1,380 nt of DNA, from NCBI GenBank assembly GCA_000004985.1, contig GG739433.1; one strand, given 5' to 3'. The DNA is from Naegleria gruberi. Its lineage: Eukaryota. This document shows positions 1 to 1,380 of this stretch, piece after piece. Positions within the stretch are counted from its first letter, which is position 1. Every line of letters starts with the position of its first letter. Made by a program: the position numbers and the translations under genes. The notes beneath the pieces are model-generated. The model was not told where the DNA came from, ran no database searches, and worked only from the letters and a program-made list of their open reading frames with translations.

Positions 1-683
1 TTGAATAGAACAAGTTTACCCTTACTAGGTTTCACAGTATGAACGAGATTATAGTAGGAGTAATTATTTCCATCCATCATCTCTGGATCATTGTAAAATC
101 GCGTCTCTCCTCCTTTAAAATCATCATTCAAATAAATTAGTAAGGTATAGATACTTCTTTCATTATTGTTTCTTTTGAATTGACCATCAGTGTGAATTTT
201 GAAATATTCTCCGATTTGGTACTTGTTAAATCGCATCATTTCATTGACTCCACAAGCTTTCCAAGTTCCTGCACTATCCACACCGAAAGGAGTTACCATT
301 TTACTAATAGCATCCAAATCAATCCTAGTTTTCAACTTATCAAATATTAAACTTGCAAGATCGGCATCAATGATCAACTCTCGGGTTGAATTTCTATACT
401 CTTTTGGATATTCATCTTGAATTTCCTTAAAGTTCTTACATCTCTTAATTAAGTCCTCGCATTCGTGATGTGAGAAGAAGTTAGGAATGGCCATTAATCG
501 ATTCCAACACCTTTCCTTTAGTGGAGGAGTCGTGACTAGTGGTGAATCATCTGTTTGAAATGATGAGTGCACTTGGACAATACGTTCCTTCACGATCACC
601 TCATCCCCTGGCTCCACAATGGTTTGTACTTGTTGTTGGGCGGCATGAATTTCATGTCCCTTGTGATGTACAATATTTCCCAT
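1..683 (-). CDS. Prolyl 4-hydroxylase-like 2-oxoglutarate/Fe(II)-dependent oxygenase (P4Hc-type). N-terminal 227 codons; the 3' end of the gene runs off the left edge of the window (partial).
   Basis: Hand translation of the minus strand, from the ATG at complement(681-683) through the codon at complement(3-5), gives 227 sense codons with no stop: MGNIVHHKGHEIHAAQQQVQTIVEPGDEVIVKERIVQVHSSFQTDDSPLVTTPPLKERCWNRLMAIPNFFSHHECEDLIKRCKNFKEIQDEYPKEYRNSTRELIIDADLASLIFDKLKTRIDLDAISKMVTPFGVDSAGTWKACGVNEMMRFNKYQIGEYFKIHTDGQFKRNNNERSIYTLLIYLNDDFKGGETRFYNDPEMMDGNNYSYYNLVHTVKPSKGKLVLF... The segment 'IPNFFSHHECEDLI' resembles the start of the P4Hc domain ('xNFLSxEECDxLI' in known P4Hs). 'KIHTDG' is the HxD iron-binding motif. 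'RSIYTLLIYLNDDFKGGETRFY' matches the P4H signature R..T.L.YLN...GGET.F. The second His and the 2OG-binding Arg/Lys would lie beyond the window. Upstream in frame there is a stop (complement of 738-740) and no other ATG, so 683 is the first available start. The start context is ACATAATGG (A at -3), preceded by an A8 tract, which is a typical yeast leader. Confidence 0.8.
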   Translation of the reverse strand, partial: MGNIVHHKGHEIHAAQQQVQTIVEPGDEVIVKERIVQVHSSFQTDDSPLVTTPPLKERCWNRLMAIPNFFSHHECEDLIKRCKNFKEIQDEYPKEYRNSTRELIIDADLASLIFDKLKTRIDLDAISKMVTPFGVDSAGTWKACGVNEMMRFNKYQIGEYFKIHTDGQFKRNNNERSIYTLLIYLNDDFKGGETRFYNDPEMMDGNNYSYYNLVHTVKPSKGKLVLF

Positions 684-760
684 TATGTTGTTGATTGTTT
701 TTTTTGTGTTGCTACTAAGGCAGTATGAGGCAACACTTCATATATACTGCTCCTCGGAGT
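684..760 (-). promoter_or_regulatory. 5' leader and core promoter of the oxygenase gene: A-rich leader (T8 on the plus strand at 698-705, which is A8 on the coding strand 15-22 nt upstream of the ATG) and a TATATA element at 741-746, about 60 bp upstream of the ATG. There is a second TATATT at 761-766.
   Basis: Read directly from the sequence: ttgtttttttttgtg at 696-708 and cttcaTATATActgc at 736-750. The spacing is compatible with yeast-type TATA-to-ATG distances. The TSS is not determinable from sequence alone. Confidence 0.35.
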
Positions 761-822
761 TATATTGTAAGATAGAGATTTAGAAATTTCCTTGCAAGAA
801 CCAGTATGTAAGCTTAAGCAAA

Positions 823-856
823 AGGATTGTTCCAATTTGCTACTTGGAGGATTGTT
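823..856. repeat. Direct repeat of the 9-mer AGGATTGTT (823-831 and 848-856), with 25-bp periodicity.
   Basis: aaAGGATTGTTcc at 821-833 and ggAGGATTGTTgc at 846-858, read directly. Both copies contain the ATTGTT core that also occurs at 694-699 and 1002-1007 in the same intergenic region. Confidence 0.8.
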
Positions 857-913
857 GCGATGATATGTCTAATAGTTAAGGTGTAAGGAATTTACTAAAT
901 TCTTCGTCTCTAT

Positions 914-982
914 GGAAGATTGTCATAATTACGACCCTCACTTTTTGACCCACCCACCCCCACATAATTATGACAATCTTCC
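914..982. repeat. Perfect 18-bp inverted repeat (GGAAGATTGTCATAATTA at 914-931 / TAATTATGACAATCTTCC at 965-982) around a 33-bp C-rich spacer (932-964). The 69-bp unit is flanked by TAT on both sides (911-913 and 983-985).
   Basis: Base-by-base check: position i pairs with position 1896-i for i=914..931, all 18 Watson-Crick. Pairs 913/983 (T/T) and 932/964 (C/A) are mismatched, so the arms are sharply bounded. The spacer reads cgaccctcactttttgacccacccacccccaca. Confidence 0.9.
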
Positions 983-1030
983 TATCAGCTGAGATTCGGA
1001 TATTGTTGTTAATGAAGTATCTGGGTTATT

Positions 1031-1038
1031 TAATAAAT
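1031..1038 (+). promoter_or_regulatory. TATA-like element TAATAAAT at -35 to -28 relative to the tRNA 5' end. Possible upstream Pol III promoter element.
   Basis: Position relative to tRNA start 1066. Some yeasts (e.g. fission yeast) require a TATA at about -30 on tRNA genes. The match here is AT-rich and could be chance. Confidence 0.25.
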
Positions 1039-1065
1039 GAGGAATATTTTCAAAGTGAATGAGAT

Positions 1066-1137
1066 TCCCGTGTAGTCCAATGGCTAGGATACCTGGCTTT
1101 CACCCAGGAGGTCCGGGTTCAATTCCCGGCATGGGAG
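1066..1137 (+). tRNA. tRNA-Glu (anticodon UUC, at 1099-1101). 72 nt, no intron, CCA not encoded.
   Basis: Cloverleaf folded by hand. Acceptor stem TCCCGTG (1066-1072) pairs with CATGGGA (1130-1136), 6 Watson-Crick pairs plus one G.U, and discriminator G1137. D stem GTCC/GGAT with D loop AATGGCTA. Anticodon stem CCTGG/CCAGG (1092-1096 / 1104-1108) with loop CTTTCAC. Variable loop AGGT. T stem CCGGG/CCCGG with T loop TTCAATT. Internal Pol III promoter: A box TAGTCCAATGG (1073-1083) and B box GGTTCAATTCC (1116-1126), matching GGTTCGANTCC. The overall sequence is close to known eukaryotic cytosolic tRNA-Glu sequences, with the same D-arm and CCCGGGTTCGATTCCCGG-like T-arm. Confidence 0.92.
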
Positions 1138-1142
1138 AATCA

Positions 1143-1173
1143 TTTTGTTCATATGGGTTTTATGCCAATTTTT
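1143..1173 (+). terminator. Candidate Pol III termination zone for the tRNA: T4 at 1143-1146, T4 at 1158-1161 and T5 at 1169-1173.
   Basis: Oligo-T runs on the coding strand 6-36 nt past the tRNA 3' end. Which run is used depends on the species-specific minimum T length. Confidence 0.4.
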
Positions 1174-1328
1174 CCTTTATGAAGATGATGTTAATTTGTT
1201 TGAATGAGCAATCTTTAAAAAACCCACTCCAATACAAAGCACTGCTCAAGAGTGTGGCATATCGATATACTTCACATGTTACTAACAGAATTGATCAAGT
1301 TGATATCTGGCATTTTATGATAATAGAT

Positions 1329-1380
1329 GGCTACGGCCATATCACGATGAATACACCTCATCCCGTCCGATTGAGAAGTA
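1329..1380 (+). rRNA. 5S ribosomal RNA gene, 5' portion (first 52 nt). Truncated by the right edge of the window.
   Basis: GGCTACGGCCATATCACGATGAATACACCTCATCCCGTCCGATTGAGAAGTA aligns without gaps to the 5' end of budding-yeast 5S rRNA (GGTTGCGGCCATATCTACCAGAAAGCACCGTTTCCCGTCCGATCAACTG...). Helix I start G(G)YTRCGGCCATA and the invariant loop B/helix II segment CCCGTCCGAT sit at the correct spacing (29 nt between CATATC and GATY in both). The start coordinate is uncertain by about 1 nt. Confidence 0.8.

Noticed and set aside
199-420. The only ORF on the supplied track (plus strand, 73 aa, MKYSPIWYLLNRIISLTPQ...).
   Set aside because: It lies entirely antisense to the well-supported oxygenase CDS. 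Its translation is low-complexity with no recognisable motif and no convincing start context. A shadow ORF on the opposite strand of a real gene is expected by chance.
812-819. 8-bp perfect palindrome GCTTAAGC within TAAGCTTAAGC.
   Set aside because: Short palindromes of this size occur by chance at this sequence length. There is no flanking structure or repetition to suggest function.
945-964. Telomere-like C1-3A repeat (gacccacccacccccaca).
   Set aside because: It is only about 16 nt and includes a C5 run outside the C1-3A pattern. It is internal to a unique-looking region next to genes, so it is treated as a structural C/G tract rather than as an interstitial telomeric repeat.
857-992. 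Possible box C/D snoRNA (GATGAT at 859-864, CTGA at 989-992).
   Set aside because: The upstream string is cGATGATa, not the required UGAUGA. The C-to-D distance and terminal stem are not convincing, and no guide or box C'/D' is apparent.
900-1065. LTR-retrotransposon or solo-LTR upstream of the tRNA (Ty1/Ty3-style targeting). Note TGTTG at 1004-1008.
   Set aside because: No long terminal repeat is present. The only inverted repeat is 18 bp around a 33-bp loop, which is too small for an LTR. There is no TG...CA-bounded 100+ bp unit and no 5-bp TSD. The element is therefore described only as a small palindromic or MITE-like unit.
1279-1289. Perfect yeast intron branchpoint and acceptor-like string TACTAACAG, together with a GTATGT 5' splice-site hexamer at 804-809.
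   Set aside because: The two signals are about 480 bp apart with a complete tRNA gene between them. There is no plus-strand coding exon on either side. TACTAAC sits about 45 bp upstream of the 5S start in non-coding spacer. These are most likely chance occurrences in AT-rich DNA.
1272-1380. Minus-strand open frame entering from the right edge (…TSQSDGMRCIHRDMAVAIYYHKMPDINLINSVSNM*, stop at complement 1272-1274) and a plus-strand ATG at 1347 (MNTPHPVRLRS…).
   Set aside because: Both overlap the 5S rRNA gene (1329-1380) or its immediate upstream region. They have no protein-like features. The rRNA assignment explains the sequence far better.

Overview
The window is AT-rich, compact eukaryotic nuclear DNA that looks fungal or yeast-like, and it holds three genes. 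The six-frame ORF track missed two of them. (1) A minus-strand coding sequence starts at the ATG on the complement of 681-683 and runs off the left edge at position 1 with no stop. I translated 227 codons by hand. The protein has prolyl 4-hydroxylase-type 2-oxoglutarate/Fe(II) oxygenase motifs (P4Hc: HTD...RxxTxLIYLN...GGET.F). The track probably omitted it because it has no in-window stop. (2) A canonical eukaryotic cytosolic tRNA-Glu(UUC) lies on the plus strand at 1066-1137, 72 nt, with internal A and B boxes and downstream T-runs. (3) The 5' 52 nt of a 5S rRNA gene lie on the plus strand at 1329-1380, cut off by the window edge. They are recognisable by the conserved GGCTACGGCCATATC...CCCGTCCGAT 5' end. 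The tRNA and the 5S gene are therefore tandem, same-orientation Pol III units about 190 bp apart. The 382-bp spacer between the CDS and the tRNA has a TATA element and an A-rich leader for the CDS. It also has a repeated GATTGT(T/C) motif (HMG-box-like ATTGT core) that is strongly over-represented there. Finally it has a perfect 18-bp inverted repeat flanking a 33-bp C-rich spacer, bounded by TAT direct repeats, about 84 bp upstream of the tRNA. The single ORF on the supplied track (199-420, plus strand) is antisense to the oxygenase CDS and is almost certainly spurious. Nothing here resembles a prokaryotic defence, CRISPR or mobile-element system. The noteworthy points are the Pol III gene pairing, the hairpin element and the motif cluster in the oxygenase promoter.
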